DNA of 64,000 nucleotides, from positions 448,001 to 512,000 of the forward strand of contig CAXMWX010000001.1 in assembly GCA_963422205.2 (NCBI GenBank), read 5' to 3'. This document shows, in pieces, positions 1-11,294 of this stretch; position 1 is the stretch's first letter, and each line of letters starts with the position of its first letter. Position numbers and translations under genes: made by a program. The notes beneath the pieces were generated by a model that made no database searches, was not told where the DNA came from, and saw only the letters and a list, made by a program, of their open reading frames with translations. The stretch is from Gammaproteobacteria bacterium (GTDB lineage: Bacteria > Pseudomonadota > Gammaproteobacteria > Eutrophobiales > Eutrophobiaceae).

Positions 1-243
1 CTGGAGGTGTCCTCGCCGGGCATGGATCGGCCCTTGTTCAGTCGGGCGCAACTGGCAGCTTATGTGGGCGAGCAGGTGCATTTGCGGCTGAATGAGAAAA
101 TAAATCAGCGATGCAAGGTCAGCGGTCATCTGGAGCAGGTCAAGGCGGATTCTGTCATCGTCAGTATGGCTGATTTTGTCTGTGAAATTCCGCTGGATGC
201 CATAAAAAAAGCCAATCTGGTATGCCAGACGCAGCGTCCATGA
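1..243 (+). CDS. rimP: Ribosome maturation factor RimP (5'-truncated by window)
   Basis: LEVSSPGMDRPL motif; directly upstream of nusA. Confidence 0.93.
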   Translation: MEVSSPGMDRPLFSRAQLAAYVGEQVHLRLNEKINQRCKVSGHLEQVKADSVIVSMADFVCEIPLDAIKKANLVCQTQRP

Positions 244-270
244 TATGAAGATGCAGGTAAAGAGGAGCCG

Positions 271-1794
271 ATGAATAAAGAGATTTTAATGGTTGTTGAT
301 GTGGTGTCGAATGAGAAGGCCGTGGGCAAAGAGATCATCTTTGAGGCGATTGAGGCCGCCCTGGCCAGTGCCACCAAAAAACGCCATCGCGAGGATATTG
401 AAGTGCGGGTAGCCATTGATCGCAACACCGGGGATTACGAAACCTATCGCCAGTGGCTGGTGGTCGATGAGTCGGCTGATGCCCTGGAAGCCCCTACCCG
501 CGAGATAGGGTTAAGCGATGCCCGGGAAAAAACACCTGACATTGAGCCAGGCGGGGCGATTGAAGCGCCGATGGAGTCGGTGGAATTTGGCCGGATAGCT
601 GCCCAGACGGCCAAGCAGGTCATCGTGCAGAAAGTGCGCGAGGCCAAGCGCAAGCAGGTCTTTGATGCGTACATGCCGCGGGTGGGCGAGATGGTCAGCG
701 GCGTGGTGAAGCGGGTCGAGCGTGGCAATGTCATTCTTGATCTGGGCAACAGCGCCGAGGCGTTTATCCCGCGCGAAGCGATGATCCCGCGCGAGGCCGC
801 CCGGCCGGGCGATCGTCTGCGTGCCTATCTGAAAGCGGTGACGTCGGAGCATCGCGGGCCACAATTATTCCTCAGCCGCACGGTGCCGGGCCTGCTGATT
901 GAGTTGTTCAAGATTGAAGTGCCGGAAATCAACGAGGGGATGATCGACATCCTGGGCGGTGCCCGGGACCCGGGCTCACGGGCAAAGATTGCCGTGCGTG
1001 CCAATGACAGCCGGATCGATCCGGTCGGTGCCTGTGTGGGCATGCGCGGCTCACGGGTGCAGGCGGTCTCGAATGAGCTTAGTGGCGAGCGGGTGGATAT
1101 CATTCTCTGGGATGAGAATCCGGCGCAGTTTGTGATCAACGCGATGGCGCCTGCCGAGGTGGTCTCGATCGTGGTTGATGAGGATGCACATGCCATGGAT
1201 GTTGCCGTGGCCGAGGAGAACCTCTCGCAGGCGATCGGTCGTGGTGGTCAGAATGTCAAGCTGGCCAGCGAGTTGACGCAGTGGGAATTGAATGTGATGT
1301 CGGTCGAACAGGCCGATGAGAAGACCGAGGCCGAGGCACAGACCCTGCACAAGATGTTCATGGAGCAACTGGATGTGGACGAGGAGATCGCCATCATCCT
1401 GGTGCAGGAGGGGTTTTCCAGTGTCGAGGAGGTGGCCTATGTGCCTGAAAATGAAATACTTGATATTGAAGAGTTTGATGAGACGCTGGTCAAAGAACTG
1501 CGTGATCGTGCCCGCGATATCATGTTGACCCGGGCAATCACCAACGAGGAACGTCTGGTTGATGCACAGCCTGCTGATGATTTGCTCACGATGGAGGGCA
1601 TGGACACGGCGCTTGCCTATGAGTTGGCCGGTCACGGTGTGGTGACCAGGGAAGATCTCGCGGAGCAATCGGTTGATGAGCTGCTGGAGATCGAGAGCCT
1701 GGATAAACAGCGCGCCAGCGACTTGATCATGACCGCCCGCCAGCCCTGGTTTGAAGCGGCAGAAAATACCACGGAGGAGCGAATCGATGCCTGA
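271..1794 (+). CDS. nusA: Transcription factor NusA
   Basis: [43 protein letters not shown]; acidic C-terminal repeats. Confidence 0.99.
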   Translation: MNKEILMVVDVVSNEKAVGKEIIFEAIEAALASATKKRHREDIEVRVAIDRNTGDYETYRQWLVVDESADALEAPTREIGLSDAREKTPDIEPGGAIEAPMESVEFGRIAAQTAKQVIVQKVREAKRKQVFDAYMPRVGEMVSGVVKRVERGNVILDLGNSAEAFIPREAMIPREAARPGDRLRAYLKAVTSEHRGPQLFLSRTVPGLLIELFKIEVPEINEGMIDILGGARDPGSRAKIAVRANDSRIDPVGACVGMRGSRVQAVSNELSGERVDIILWDENPAQFVINAMAPAEVVSIVVDEDAHAMDVAVAEENLSQAIGRGGQNVKLASELTQWELNVMSVEQADEKTEAEAQTLHKMFMEQLDVDEEIAIILVQEGFSSVEEVAYVPENEILDIEEFDETLVKELRDRARDIMLTRAITNEERLVDAQPADDLLTMEGMDTALAYELAGHGVVTREDLAEQSVDELLEIESLDKQRASDLIMTARQPWFEAAENTTEERIDA

Positions 1795-4279
1795 GGTGAC
1801 GGTGAAACAATATGCCGATGTGATCGGCATCCCGGTCGACAAGCTGCTGCTACAGTTGCAACAGGCCGGGGTCGCCGATAAATCGGCAGAGGATATGATA
1901 TCCGATAATGAGAAGTCCGAGTTACTGGGTTTTTTACGCAGAAAACGCGGGCAGACGGACGGTTCAGAGCCCAGCAGGATCACCTTGCGGCGGAAGAGCG
2001 TGAGTGAGATCAAGGTGCCGATTGCCTCGCCAGGGGGGCGGGTGAATAAATCACGTTCGAAGACGGTCAGCGTTGAATTTCGCCAGCGTCGCACCTACAT
2101 CAAGCGCAGCGTGCTGGAGGAGGAAGAGCAGGAGTTGGCCGCCGAGAAGTCCAGGCAAGAGGCAGCGTTACAGGCACAGCAACAGGCCGAGGAGCAGGCC
2201 CGGCAGGAGCAGGAAAGACAGGAAAAAGCGCGCATTGAAGCCGAGCAGGCCCGTAAGGCAGCACAGGATGAGGCCGCCATACGGGCGGTGGAGGCGGTCA
2301 GATCGGCGGAGGTGCTGCCGGAGGCGCAGACGGCAGAGCGGCGATCAGTGGCCGATGCGCCCAAAAAACCCGATGAGCGGCCATCCAGGGGGAAGGCTTC
2401 CCGCATCCATCGAGAGGAGCTGCACGTTGCCTCTGATAAATCCGGCAAGCGGAGAAAAAAACAACGGCCACGTCCGGTGGTGAAGCGCCCGGCCCAACAC
2501 GCCTTTGAAAAACCGACTGCCCCGGTGGTGCTGAAGGTGGAGATCCCGGAGATCATCACCGTCTCTGAGCTTGCCCAGAGAATGTCAGTGAAGGGCACGG
2601 AAGTGGTCAAGATCATGATGAATCTCGGCAGCATGGTGACGATCAACCAGACCCTCGATCAGGACACGGCAGCGATTGTGGTGGAGGAGATGGGGCATAC
2701 GGCGAAGCTGCTGCAAGAGCATACGCTCGAAGATGAGGTGATGCGTGCCAGTGTGTCGGATGCCGAGGCCGTCACCCGGGCGCCGGTCGTGACCATCATG
2801 GGGCATGTTGATCACGGCAAGACCTCATTGCTTGATCACATACGCAGCAGCCAGGTGGCCGTCAGCGAGGCCGGCGGCATTACCCAGCATATCGGTGCTT
2901 ACAAGGTCAATCATGCCAAAGGCGATATCACTTTTCTGGATACGCCCGGGCATGAGGCGTTTACCGCCATGCGCGCCAGAGGCGCCAAAGTGACGGATAT
3001 CGTCGTGGTGGTGGTGGCCGCCGATGATGGCGTGATGCCGCAGACCGAGGAGGCCGTGCGCCATGCCAGGGCGGGCGAGGTGCCGATCATCATTGCGGTC
3101 AACAAGATAGACAAGCCCGAGGCCGATCCTGAGCGCATCAAACAGGCATTGTCGAAACATGATGTCATCCCGGAGGACTGGGGGGGCGAGACTATGTTTA
3201 TACCGGTTTCGGCGCTGACCGGTCAGGGTGTGGATGCGCTGTTGGATGCCATCTTGTTGCAGGCAGAGGTGCTGGAGCTGAAAGCCAGCGAGCAGGGCAC
3301 GGCCGCCGGGGTGGCGATTGAGTCCCGGCTGGACAGGGGCCGGGGGCCGGTGGCAACGGTCTTGATACAAAATGGTTGCCTGAAAAAAGGTGATGTGATG
3401 TTAAGCGGGCATGCGTTTGGCCGGGTGCGTGCCATGTATGATGAGCATGGCCGGGAGCTTGACGCCGCCGGGCCGTCTACCCCGGTTGAGGTGCTGGGCT
3501 TGTCCGGTACGCCGAATGCAGGCGATGAGGTGATCGTGATCGCCGATGAGAAGAAGGCACGGGAGATCGCCTTGTTTCGCCAGGGCAAGTATCGTGAGGT
3601 CAAGCTCGCCAGGCAGCAGGCGTCCAAGCTGGAGAACGTCATCTCACAGATGGGCAGTGAGCCGGGCGCCACGGTCAATTTGCTGATCAAGGCCGATGTG
3701 CAGGGCTCGGCTGAAGCCCTGGCGGACGCCTTGCAGAAGCTGGGCAATGAAGAGGTCAAGGTCGCTGTTATCAGCAGTGCGGTTGGCGGGATCACAGAGT
3801 CCGATGTGAATCTGGCGCTGGCTTCCCGCGGGGTCGTGATCGGTTTTAATGTGCGTGCCGACAGTGCGGCCAGGAAGGTGGTTGATGAGGAAGGGATTGA
3901 TTTGCGTTATTACAGTGTGATTTATGATGTGATCGAGGATGTGAAGGCTGCGATCAGTGGCCTGCTTGCACCGGAAATCAGAGAGCAGATCATCGGTGTT
4001 GCCGAAGTCAGGGAAGTCTTTCGTTCCCCCAGATTTGGTGATATTGCCGGTTGTATCGTTGCCTCCGGTATTGTACGGCGTACCAACCCTATCCGGGTGC
4101 TGCGAGATAATGTCGTGATCTATGAGGGTGAGCTGGAGTCCTTGCGGCGCTTCAAGGATGATGTCAATGAAGTGAAATCGGGCACCGAATGTGGCATTGG
4201 CGTTAAAAATTATAATAATGTGCAGGCGGGTGATCAGATAGAAGTCTTTGAGCGCATTGAGATCACGCGCAGCGTGTGA
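1787..4279 (+). CDS. infB: Translation initiation factor IF-2
   Basis: [20 protein letters not shown] GTPase motifs; ATG 1787 overlaps nusA end. Confidence 0.99.
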   Translation: MPEVTVKQYADVIGIPVDKLLLQLQQAGVADKSAEDMISDNEKSELLGFLRRKRGQTDGSEPSRITLRRKSVSEIKVPIASPGGRVNKSRSKTVSVEFRQRRTYIKRSVLEEEEQELAAEKSRQEAALQAQQQAEEQARQEQERQEKARIEAEQARKAAQDEAAIRAVEAVRSAEVLPEAQTAERRSVADAPKKPDERPSRGKASRIHREELHVASDKSGKRRKKQRPRPVVKRPAQHAFEKPTAPVVLKVEIPEIITVSELAQRMSVKGTEVVKIMMNLGSMVTINQTLDQDTAAIVVEEMGHTAKLLQEHTLEDEVMRASVSDAEAVTRAPVVTIMGHVDHGKTSLLDHIRSSQVAVSEAGGITQHIGAYKVNHAKGDITFLDTPGHEAFTAMRARGAKVTDIVVVVVAADDGVMPQTEEAVRHARAGEVPIIIAVNKIDKPEADPERIKQALSKHDVIPEDWGGETMFIPVSALTGQGVDALLDAILLQAEVLELKASEQGTAAGVAIESRLDRGRGPVATVLIQNGCLKKGDVMLSGHAFGRVRAMYDEHGRELDAAGPSTPVEVLGLSGTPNAGDEVIVIADEKKAREIALFRQGKYREVKLARQQASKLENVISQMGSEPGATVNLLIKADVQGSAEALADALQKLGNEEVKVAVISSAVGGITESDVNLALASRGVVIGFNVRADSAARKVVDEEGIDLRYYSVIYDVIEDVKAAISGLLAPEIREQIIGVAEVREVFRSPRFGDIAGCIVASGIVRRTNPIRVLRDNVVIYEGELESLRRFKDDVNEVKSGTECGIGVKNYNNVQAGDQIEVFERIEITRSV

Positions 4280-4285
4280 TGCCTT

Positions 4286-4648
4286 ATGGCCAGAGAGTAC
4301 GGGCGCAATCAGCGCATTGCCGGGCAGCTGCAACGTGAATTGGCGGTGCTGATCCAGCGGGAAGCTGAGGGCGAGTTGGGCATGATCACCGTATCCGCCG
4401 TGGATGTCAGCCCGGACTTAAAAAATGCCAGGGTGTATTTTACGGCACTTAACCTCAGTGCTGAACAGGACGTACTGGAGAGAGAACTCAATGCCAGGGC
4501 GGGTTTTTTCAGGCATCAGCTGGCCCGGATACTCCCGCTAAAGCTCATGCCGACATTGCGCTTTGTCTTTGATCAGTCAATCGCCAGGGCAAACCATCTC
4601 AATGCGTTGCTCGATTCCGTTGCCGGCGGGAATGCCTCTGAACAGTAA
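4286..4648 (+). CDS. rbfA: Ribosome-binding factor A
   Basis: ITVSAVDVSPDLKNARVY, PTLRFVFD; synteny. Confidence 0.97.
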   Translation: MAREYGRNQRIAGQLQRELAVLIQREAEGELGMITVSAVDVSPDLKNARVYFTALNLSAEQDVLERELNARAGFFRHQLARILPLKLMPTLRFVFDQSIARANHLNALLDSVAGGNASEQ

Positions 4649-4653
4649 GCCCT

Positions 4654-5583
4654 ATGGGCAGGAAAAGGCAAGCTAAAGGCCGCCCGGTGCATGGGCTTGT
4701 GTTACTGGACAAGCCAGCGGGGATCACCTCAAACCAGGCCCTGCAACGGGTCAGGCAGGTGTTCCAGGCACAAAAAGCCGGGCATACCGGCAGCCTGGAT
4801 AAGGGCGCCACCGGCTTGTTGCCGCTGTGTCTGGGCGAGGCGACCAAGCTCTCGGCCTTCTTGCTGGAAGCGGATAAACGCTATGCGGTGGTTTGTCAGT
4901 TAGGCAGCGAGACCAGCACCGGTGATGCGGCGGGCGAGATTACCCGGCAACAGGCAGTGCCGCCCCTGACAACGGCCCGACTGGAGTCCGTGCTGGCCGG
5001 ATTTGTGGGCGAGATGATGCAGATTCCGCCGATGTTCTCGGCCCTGAAACAGCACGGCCAGCCGCTCTACAGGCTGGCCTATGCGGGCAAGGAAGTCAAA
5101 CGCAAGGCGCGCCGGATACGTATTGATGAGATCGTCCTTGAGGGACGGAGCGCCGATACGTTGTCGCTGGAGATCGCCTGCTCAAAAGGCACGTATATCC
5201 GCACCCTGGCAGAGGATATTGGCCGTGCCCTGGGCTGTGGTGCCCATGTCAAGTCTCTGCACAGAACGGCGTCCGGGCCGTTTTCGGCCGCACAGATGAT
5301 CCGCCTCGGCGCACTGGAGGCGACTGCACAACGGGGGCTGGGGCAGTTGGATAAACACCTGTTGCCGGTTGATGCGCTGGTTGCCCACATGCCCTCGGTG
5401 AATGTGCAAGACAGCGTATCGTATTACCTCTGCCAAGGACAGGCGGTGCTGGTGCCGCAGGCCCCTGGCAGTGGTTCTGGCAGGGGCATGGTGCGGCTTT
5501 ACGCTGAGCATCAGCGGTTTCTGGGGATTGGTGAGGTGCTGGATGATGGTCGAGTGGCACCGAGGCGTCTGCTGCATCTTTAG
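4654..5583 (+). CDS. truB: tRNA pseudouridine-55 synthase
   Basis: LLDKPAGITSN, KAGHTGSLD, CSKGTYIRTL. Confidence 0.98.
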   Translation: MGRKRQAKGRPVHGLVLLDKPAGITSNQALQRVRQVFQAQKAGHTGSLDKGATGLLPLCLGEATKLSAFLLEADKRYAVVCQLGSETSTGDAAGEITRQQAVPPLTTARLESVLAGFVGEMMQIPPMFSALKQHGQPLYRLAYAGKEVKRKARRIRIDEIVLEGRSADTLSLEIACSKGTYIRTLAEDIGRALGCGAHVKSLHRTASGPFSAAQMIRLGALEATAQRGLGQLDKHLLPVDALVAHMPSVNVQDSVSYYLCQGQAVLVPQAPGSGSGRGMVRLYAEHQRFLGIGEVLDDGRVAPRRLLHL

Positions 5584-5816
5584 CCTGCTCTTCGCCCCGC
5601 CGCGCCGTTAAGATCACCGCCGGGAAATGATAAAAAAACAGGCGAAATCAGCTGACTATACGGGCGTGTTAAGACCTGTTCAGGTTCGCTCGACACGCGG
5701 TCAGCACGGTGCAGATAAAATTTTGAAATTTGCGTGTTTTATCTTGTGACAGCGATAGTGCGTGGGTACAATACGCCCGTTTTCAGCCGATGAGTCAACT
5801 ATCAGGGGTAGTCAGC

Positions 5817-6086
5817 ATGTCACTCAGTCAGCAGCAAAAAGCTGATATCGTCAAAAATTATCAAACCGGGGGGCGTGATACCGGCTCGCCTGAAGTCCAG
5901 GTCGCCTTGCTTACTGCACGCATCACGGGTCTGTCTGAACACTTCAAAACCCACAGCAAAGACCATCATTCGCGTGAGGGCTTGTTGCGTATGGTCAACC
6001 ACCGCCGCCGGCTGCTTGATTACCTCAAAGCCAGGGACGTCAACCGCTATCGTGCGCTCATCGCCAGGCTGGGTTTACGAAAATAA
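5817..6086 (+). CDS. rpsO: 30S ribosomal protein S15
   Basis: [26 protein letters not shown]. Confidence 0.98.
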   Translation: MSLSQQQKADIVKNYQTGGRDTGSPEVQVALLTARITGLSEHFKTHSKDHHSREGLLRMVNHRRRLLDYLKARDVNRYRALIARLGLRK

Positions 6087-6257
6087 CATCGCCCGCCACC
6101 CGCAACATCATCCATAACCCCGTATCATGCAGCAGGTCGGTTGAGTTCACTCATGCCACGTTTTTACCGCCGTCATACGATGGCAGCATTTCCACGGCAG
6201 CATTGCAGGCACAGTGCTGTCATCGTCTATTTAAGCTAAACAGTCAGGACACTATCA

Positions 6258-8342
6258 ATGAAACAGGCCAGAAGAGAATTTCAATTCGGTAATACATCGC
6301 TCATCCTGGAGACCGGCAAGATTGCCCGGCAGGCATCGGCGGCGGTGGTGGTGAGCATGGGGGATACAGTGGTACTGGTCACCTGTGTGGCGAGCAAGAC
6401 AGCCAGGGAAGGGCAGGATTTTTTCCCCTTAACGGTAGACTACCAGGAAAAGACCTATGCGGCCGGCAAGATCCCGGGCGGGTTTTTCAAGCGTGAAGGC
6501 CGTCCCTCGGAAAAAGAAACGCTCACTTGCCGGCTGATTGACAGGCCGATCAGACCGCTGTTCCCCAGGGCATTCAGGAATGAGGTGCAGATCATCGCCA
6601 CGGTATTATCACTGGACCCGGAAATCGATCCCGATATCCCCGCCATGATCGGCGCCTCAGCCGCTGTGGTGCTCTCCGGTGCGCCTTTTAACGGGCCTAT
6701 AGGTGCTGCCAGGGTAGGGTATCGTAACGGGCAATATCTGTTAAACCCGACGTTCTCTGATCTAACCACATCACAACTGGATTTGGTCGTGGCGGGCACC
6801 CAGCGCTCTGTCCTGATGGTCGAATCCGAGGCGCGGCTGTTATCGGAAGAGGTGATGCTGGGCGCGGTGACCTACGGGCATGAGCAAATGCAGGTGGTGA
6901 TCGACAACATCCGGCAGTTGGCCGATGCCGCCGGTGTCAAGCCCTGGGACTGGCAACCCCCGGCAGCCGATACGGTGTTGCAGGCGGAAGTGGAAAAACG
7001 CTGTGCTGATCTGCTGCGTGAAGCCTATGCCATCACGGATAAACTGAGCCGCCGAGAGCGCATTGCAGAGATTACCCAGGAGGTCAGCGAGGGCATATTG
7101 GAAGCCTTTGATGAGCGGTGGTCTGAAGCCGCCGTCCACAGCATGATTGAAGCCCTGGAAAGCAGCACTGTGCGTGGCGGCATCATTGCCGGCGAGCCGC
7201 GTATTGATGGCCGTGATAACAAGACCATCCGTGCCGTCTCTGCGGAGGCTGGGGTATTGCCACGTACCCACGGTTCGGCCTTGTTTACCCGTGGTGAAAC
7301 CCAGGCCCTGGTCGTGGTGACCCTGGGCACAGACCGGGATGCACAGATCATTGATGCCATCGAGGGCGAACGCCGAGATCCCTTCATGCTGCACTATAAC
7401 TTTCCGCCTTTCTGTGTGGGGGAGACTGGCCGGGTCGGCTCGCCCAAACGCCGCGAAATCGGCCATGGTCGGCTGGCCAAACGCGGTGTCATGGCCGTCA
7501 TGCCGAAGCCGGAGGATTTTCCCTATGTCATTCGGGTCGTCTCCGAGATCACCGAGTCGAACGGCTCCAGTTCAATGGCGTCTGTGTGTGGTACCAGCCT
7601 GGCCTTGATGGATGCGGGTGTGAACATCAAGGCACCGGTTGCCGGCATTGCGATGGGCTTGATCAAAGAGGGCGAGAAATTCGTGGTCTTGTCGGACATT
7701 ATGGGTGATGAGGATCACCTGGGTGATATGGATTTCAAAGTGGCTGGTTCAGAGGCCGGCATCAGCGCCTTGCAGATGGACATTAAAATAGATGGCATCA
7801 CCAGCGAGATCATGCAGGTTGCCCTGCAACAGGCGAGGGAAGGGCGGCTGCATATTCTGGGCGAGATGAAGCGGGCATTGGCTGCGCCCAGGGAGAAGAT
7901 GTCCGAACATGCCCCGCGTATTACCTCGTTGAAGATCAACCCTGACAAGATTCGCGATGTCATTGGCAAGGGCGGGTCGACGATTCGTGCGATCACCGAG
8001 GAGACCGGCACCACCATCGATATTGATGATGACGGGACGGTGAAGATCTACTCCAGTGACAAGACCGCCAGCGATCAGGCGCGCCAGCGCATTGAGGACT
8101 TAACCGCCGACATTGAGGTCGGCAAGATTTACGAAGGCCGGGTGGCCAAGCTGATGGACTTCGGTGCGTTTGTCAATATTCTGCCCGGTAAAGACGGCCT
8201 GGTGCATATCTCACAAATCTCAGAAGAGCGAGTGGAAAATGTCTCTGATAACCTGGCCGAGGGCGATGCGGTCAAGGTCAAGGTGCTGGAGATCGATCGC
8301 CAGGGCCGGGTGCGCCTGAGCATGAAGGCCGTCAACGGATAG
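6258..8342 (+). CDS. pnp: Polyribonucleotide nucleotidyltransferase
   Basis: [33 protein letters not shown] and S1 domains. Confidence 0.99.
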   Translation: MKQARREFQFGNTSLILETGKIARQASAAVVVSMGDTVVLVTCVASKTAREGQDFFPLTVDYQEKTYAAGKIPGGFFKREGRPSEKETLTCRLIDRPIRPLFPRAFRNEVQIIATVLSLDPEIDPDIPAMIGASAAVVLSGAPFNGPIGAARVGYRNGQYLLNPTFSDLTTSQLDLVVAGTQRSVLMVESEARLLSEEVMLGAVTYGHEQMQVVIDNIRQLADAAGVKPWDWQPPAADTVLQAEVEKRCADLLREAYAITDKLSRRERIAEITQEVSEGILEAFDERWSEAAVHSMIEALESSTVRGGIIAGEPRIDGRDNKTIRAVSAEAGVLPRTHGSALFTRGETQALVVVTLGTDRDAQIIDAIEGERRDPFMLHYNFPPFCVGETGRVGSPKRREIGHGRLAKRGVMAVMPKPEDFPYVIRVVSEITESNGSSSMASVCGTSLALMDAGVNIKAPVAGIAMGLIKEGEKFVVLSDIMGDEDHLGDMDFKVAGSEAGISALQMDIKIDGITSEIMQVALQQAREGRLHILGEMKRALAAPREKMSEHAPRITSLKINPDKIRDVIGKGGSTIRAITEETGTTIDIDDDGTVKIYSSDKTASDQARQRIEDLTADIEVGKIYEGRVAKLMDFGAFVNILPGKDGLVHISQISEERVENVSDNLAEGDAVKVKVLEIDRQGRVRLSMKAVNG

Positions 8343-8579
8343 CGGCAAGCCAGCCGTCATGCTCGCCTGCGCTGCGGTTTTTCGAATGGCGCGCTGGTGT
8401 TCATGAGTTAAGGATTAACCGGGGAGTGCTGCATTGGCGGAAATGATAAAAGACGCGCACAGCCGCATGACGGCGGGTGAGAGAAGGCTGGCGCGGCGCG
8501 GATGTCGGTGGGCTAGGGCGGGCGCCTGTTGTTGGTGTCAGGCAGATCCGTCTTCGACTCCAAGCTTCGGGGATGGGCA

Positions 8580-10151
8580 TTAAAATAAACTTGGGACATG
8601 ACAGGCCATACCAGGTTTACGTTTTTGTATTTGGCAGGTGTTTCCCGACATATCCAATGATACACTTTCAATGATACACTTTTCCTCATTGAAGATAAAA
8701 TGGATCGAGAGACAGTTACTAGCATTGCTTTTGCCTAGTGTGATATGCGGTTCGAAAAGTCGTCTTGAACCCTTATAGAGGAATTTGTAACGCTCTCCGT
8801 ATTTGCCTTTGGTGGTTGGCGAAATCCTACGCTTGGCGGGCAAGTTACGTTTCTTGAGATTCTTAATTACACTCCCGATACTCGCCCCGGTATTTTGTTG
8901 TCCCTGCAACTCGCCAGTGATTTCATTGATATCCCTTAGCGCCTCAAATACTTCACCAGGGCGTTGATAAGGACTGTCATTAGCGGCCTCAACGGCTGAT
9001 GGAAGGATTTCTATAGTATCGGAATACAACTCGGCGGCCCTCTCTACCGCTTCAGCGACTGATGAGATAGGAATTTCTTTATCTGTGAGGAATTCATTTA
9101 TCGGATTCGACAATATGACCTGTTGGTTAGCCCGCAGGTTCGCATTCTCATTTTCCAGTTCTTGAATCTTTTTTTCGTATTCATTCAACTTACGCAGATC
9201 ACTTTCGTATTCATCCAAGAATTCGTTAGTATTTTTCTCCTTTATCTCCTCAAGCCTTTTTCGTCGCTCTGCGGCCTCTGCCTCCTGGATTACTTTTGTA
9301 ATTCGCTGATCTGGCACGAAGCCATAGGCTGCCACTGAAAACACTGCACGCTCTATTGCCTTCATGGCAGCAGTTCCACCCACCTGTTTAATCCAGTCGC
9401 CGAAGAATAAACGATGTTTTTTAGGATAATCTTCTTTCGAGAAACCAGGCCAATATATGCGTGCTGCTCCATTAAAACAGGAAAGCTGTTGGCCAACCTT
9501 GTCGCTGAAATTCCATGTAACTCTCGGTTCGTCAAAACAACATACTATCGCCACGCCAGCAAGATTTTCAGCCAGTTTTTTCGCATCAATATGGTTTTTG
9601 TTGACACTATCATACGGCGATAAAAGCACGACTGGAAGCTGTCGGCGGCTACTTGCAAGCAATACCAGCAAATCATCCAAGTCATGCCATCCTAATAGAT
9701 GGAGTGCAGCATGTACCCACCTGTCGTTGACAAAAACAGAGGTTTGCATGCAAATATCACGAACGACACGAGGCGAACCAATAGCCGGCCTCTCAGGCGT
9801 AACCACGTAGTCCAGGAACTCAACATGTATTAGATGTTCAACACTGCAATCATCTTCAAACTGCCCAATCCGAATATTGTTTAACCACTGAAGGTTATCG
9901 TCATTTTGTCTGGGGTAGCGCCATGACAGGCTGATGACATTCCCCGCATCGCTTTCGTATAACCTTGATTCAAGGCGGTGATGTTCGGGTAAATTCTCAG
10001 CTTGAGAGGTCTTTGGGTCGAAATTAAACTCAGTTATCTTGTGGCCTTCACGATAATGGTTTACTACCCAGTCACGGTAGGCATTGGAAACAGTAGTGAT
10101 CCCTGCTTTGTCATGAACTTCAAATCTGCATGCGTAGAGAAGTTGAGCCAT
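8580..10151 (-). CDS. Accessory hypothetical protein with coiled coil and putative RelE-like C-terminal domain; C-terminus frameshifted
   Basis: 523-aa ORF, visibly more AT-rich than flanks; coiled-coil stretch; 14-bp tandem duplication near the 3' end. Confidence 0.75.
   Translation of the reverse strand: MAQLLYACRFEVHDKAGITTVSNAYRDWVVNHYREGHKITEFNFDPKTSQAENLPEHHRLESRLYESDAGNVISLSWRYPRQNDDNLQWLNNIRIGQFEDDCSVEHLIHVEFLDYVVTPERPAIGSPRVVRDICMQTSVFVNDRWVHAALHLLGWHDLDDLLVLLASSRRQLPVVLLSPYDSVNKNHIDAKKLAENLAGVAIVCCFDEPRVTWNFSDKVGQQLSCFNGAARIYWPGFSKEDYPKKHRLFFGDWIKQVGGTAAMKAIERAVFSVAAYGFVPDQRITKVIQEAEAAERRKRLEEIKEKNTNEFLDEYESDLRKLNEYEKKIQELENENANLRANQQVILSNPINEFLTDKEIPISSVAEAVERAAELYSDTIEILPSAVEAANDSPYQRPGEVFEALRDINEITGELQGQQNTGASIGSVIKNLKKRNLPAKRRISPTTKGKYGERYKFLYKGSRRLFEPHITLGKSNASNCLSIHFIFNEEKCIIESVSLDMSGNTCQIQKRKPGMACHVPSLF
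8655..8682. repeat. 14-bp perfect tandem duplication (CAATGATACACTTT)x2
   Basis: Read directly at 8655-8668 and 8669-8682. Confidence 0.95.
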
Positions 10152-10348
10152 TTGGTGATCCCATATTCACAATCGACTGCTTTAATAGTACCACGAAAAG
10201 TGTATGTATAACTTCAGAAACACACTGCACTACTCAGAGAGAAAGCGAGAGCACTATCAGCATATAGGGTATCGAATAAAAGACTTTTATCGCACGGGCA
10301 GCCATGCAATAAGGGCGGACATGAATAATCAAATCGCCGCACAGCGTC

Positions 10349-10375
10349 CCTGCTTGCGTGCTGCGTGCAGGCAAG
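10349..10375. repeat. Palindromic micro-insertion, family A (CCTGCTTGCG..TGCAGGCAAG), 27 bp
   Basis: Removing it restores QRLSVLRFWDKHG. Confidence 0.7.
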
Positions 10376-10432
10376 TCAGTGTGCTTAGATTCTGGGACAA
10401 GCATGGCCTGACCCGCCCTTGACCACAGTGGC

Positions 10433-10455
10433 AGTGGTTCGACAAGCTCACCCAC
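10433..10455 (+). repeat. Micro-insertion, family B (TGGTTCGACAAGCTCACC core)
   Basis: Reverse complement of the copies at 11139 and 11186; removal gives DHSG-QSRRTLY. Confidence 0.8.
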
Positions 10456-10695
10456 CAGAGCCGCCGTACCCTGTATGCCTGGCGCAAAGCCTACCGCGAG
10501 TGGGGACTGTCTGGCTTGTGTCCGACCCCCAAAGCACCGAAGCGCACTCGCCGCTGACCACAAGCGGTTATCCAGCAGATACGCCAACGGCGCCAAGACC
10601 TGCCCAATCTGGATAAAGAGCAGTGTCAGGTACTGCTCAGATCCTGGTGTCAGGCCAGGGGATTGCCCTGTCCCAGTACTTCGACCATTGGCCGC

Positions 10696-10721
10696 CCTGT
10701 CTGTGCGGGTACGCAGACGGG
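10696..10721. repeat. Palindromic micro-insertion, family A (CCTGTCTGTG..CGCAGACGGG), 26 bp
   Basis: Removal restores STIGR-LIAD and repairs a frameshift. Confidence 0.8.
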
Positions 10722-11138
10722 CTGATTGCCGATACCCCCGACAAGAGGCGAATCTCACCCCCGGCCTTGAGCCCGAAGGGGAAAGCCAAAGCCTATCGAA
10801 GAACCCCCGTCACACGCCGCCCTAAAGGCTATCGCCCCAGCCAGATTGGCGAGTGTGTGGGACTGGACGCCATCGAGCGGCGTAGGCAGGTGGCCGGGGG
10901 GTATCTCCTCACCTCTATTGACGAAGCCAGTGGCTATGCCTTAGTCCTGGCGGTGCCGAAACGGAGCAGCCAAGCTGCCAGAGACTTCTTTGAGACGTGT
11001 TTCCGCTTGACCCCCTTCCCCATCCAGCAGGTGATTACCGACAGTGGCGTTACGTTCAAGGGCGCGTTTGACCAACGGCTCAATGATAGTCAGATCCTGC
11101 ATCTATACACCTATCCCAAAACCCCCAAAATGAATGCC

Positions 11139-11161
11139 GTGGCTGGTGAGCTTGCCGAACC
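11139..11161 (-). repeat. Micro-insertion, family B (GGTGAGCTTGCCGAACC)
   Basis: Removal restores KMNA-ICERSNRT. Confidence 0.8.
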
Positions 11162-11185
11162 ATCTGTGAGCGTTCTAATCGCACC

Positions 11186-11210
11186 ATGGTTGGTGAGCCT
11201 GCCGAACCAT
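11186..11210 (-). repeat. Micro-insertion, family B (GGTGAGCCTGCCGAACCA)
   Basis: Removal restores NRT-IQ. Confidence 0.8.
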
Positions 11211-11294
11211 ATCCAGTACAACAAAAAGGGCAATATAGTGGTGGGCGCATACATGGGATTGACTTATTTATCGTAAAAGTGCAGTCTTCACGTC

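Larger units (their letters stand above)
10201..11253 (+). mobile_element. Degenerate IS481-family insertion sequence (transposase pseudogene)
   Basis: Ends TGTATG...CATACA; spliced translation gives SRRTLYAW (HTH), PSTSTIGRLI, VGLDAI, QVITDSG, YPKTPKMNAICERSNRTIQ (DDE); internal stops and frameshifts. Confidence 0.85.

Noticed and set aside
1051-2094. Long antisense ORFs (also 51947-52867, 34097-34912 and others)
   Set aside because: Shadow ORFs opposite well-supported genes in GC-rich DNA
8343-8579. tRNA or att site at the island boundary
   Set aside because: No cloverleaf or T-arm consensus and no matching direct repeat found; only a weak G-T-rich hairpin near 8548-8577
10433-11210. Family B repeats as a CRISPR array
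   Set aside because: Irregular spacing, mixed orientation, intervening DNA is transposase sequence, no cas genes
10623-11276. 217-aa ORF as an intact transposase
   Set aside because: Only a fragment; both ends are out-of-frame sequence caused by the insertions
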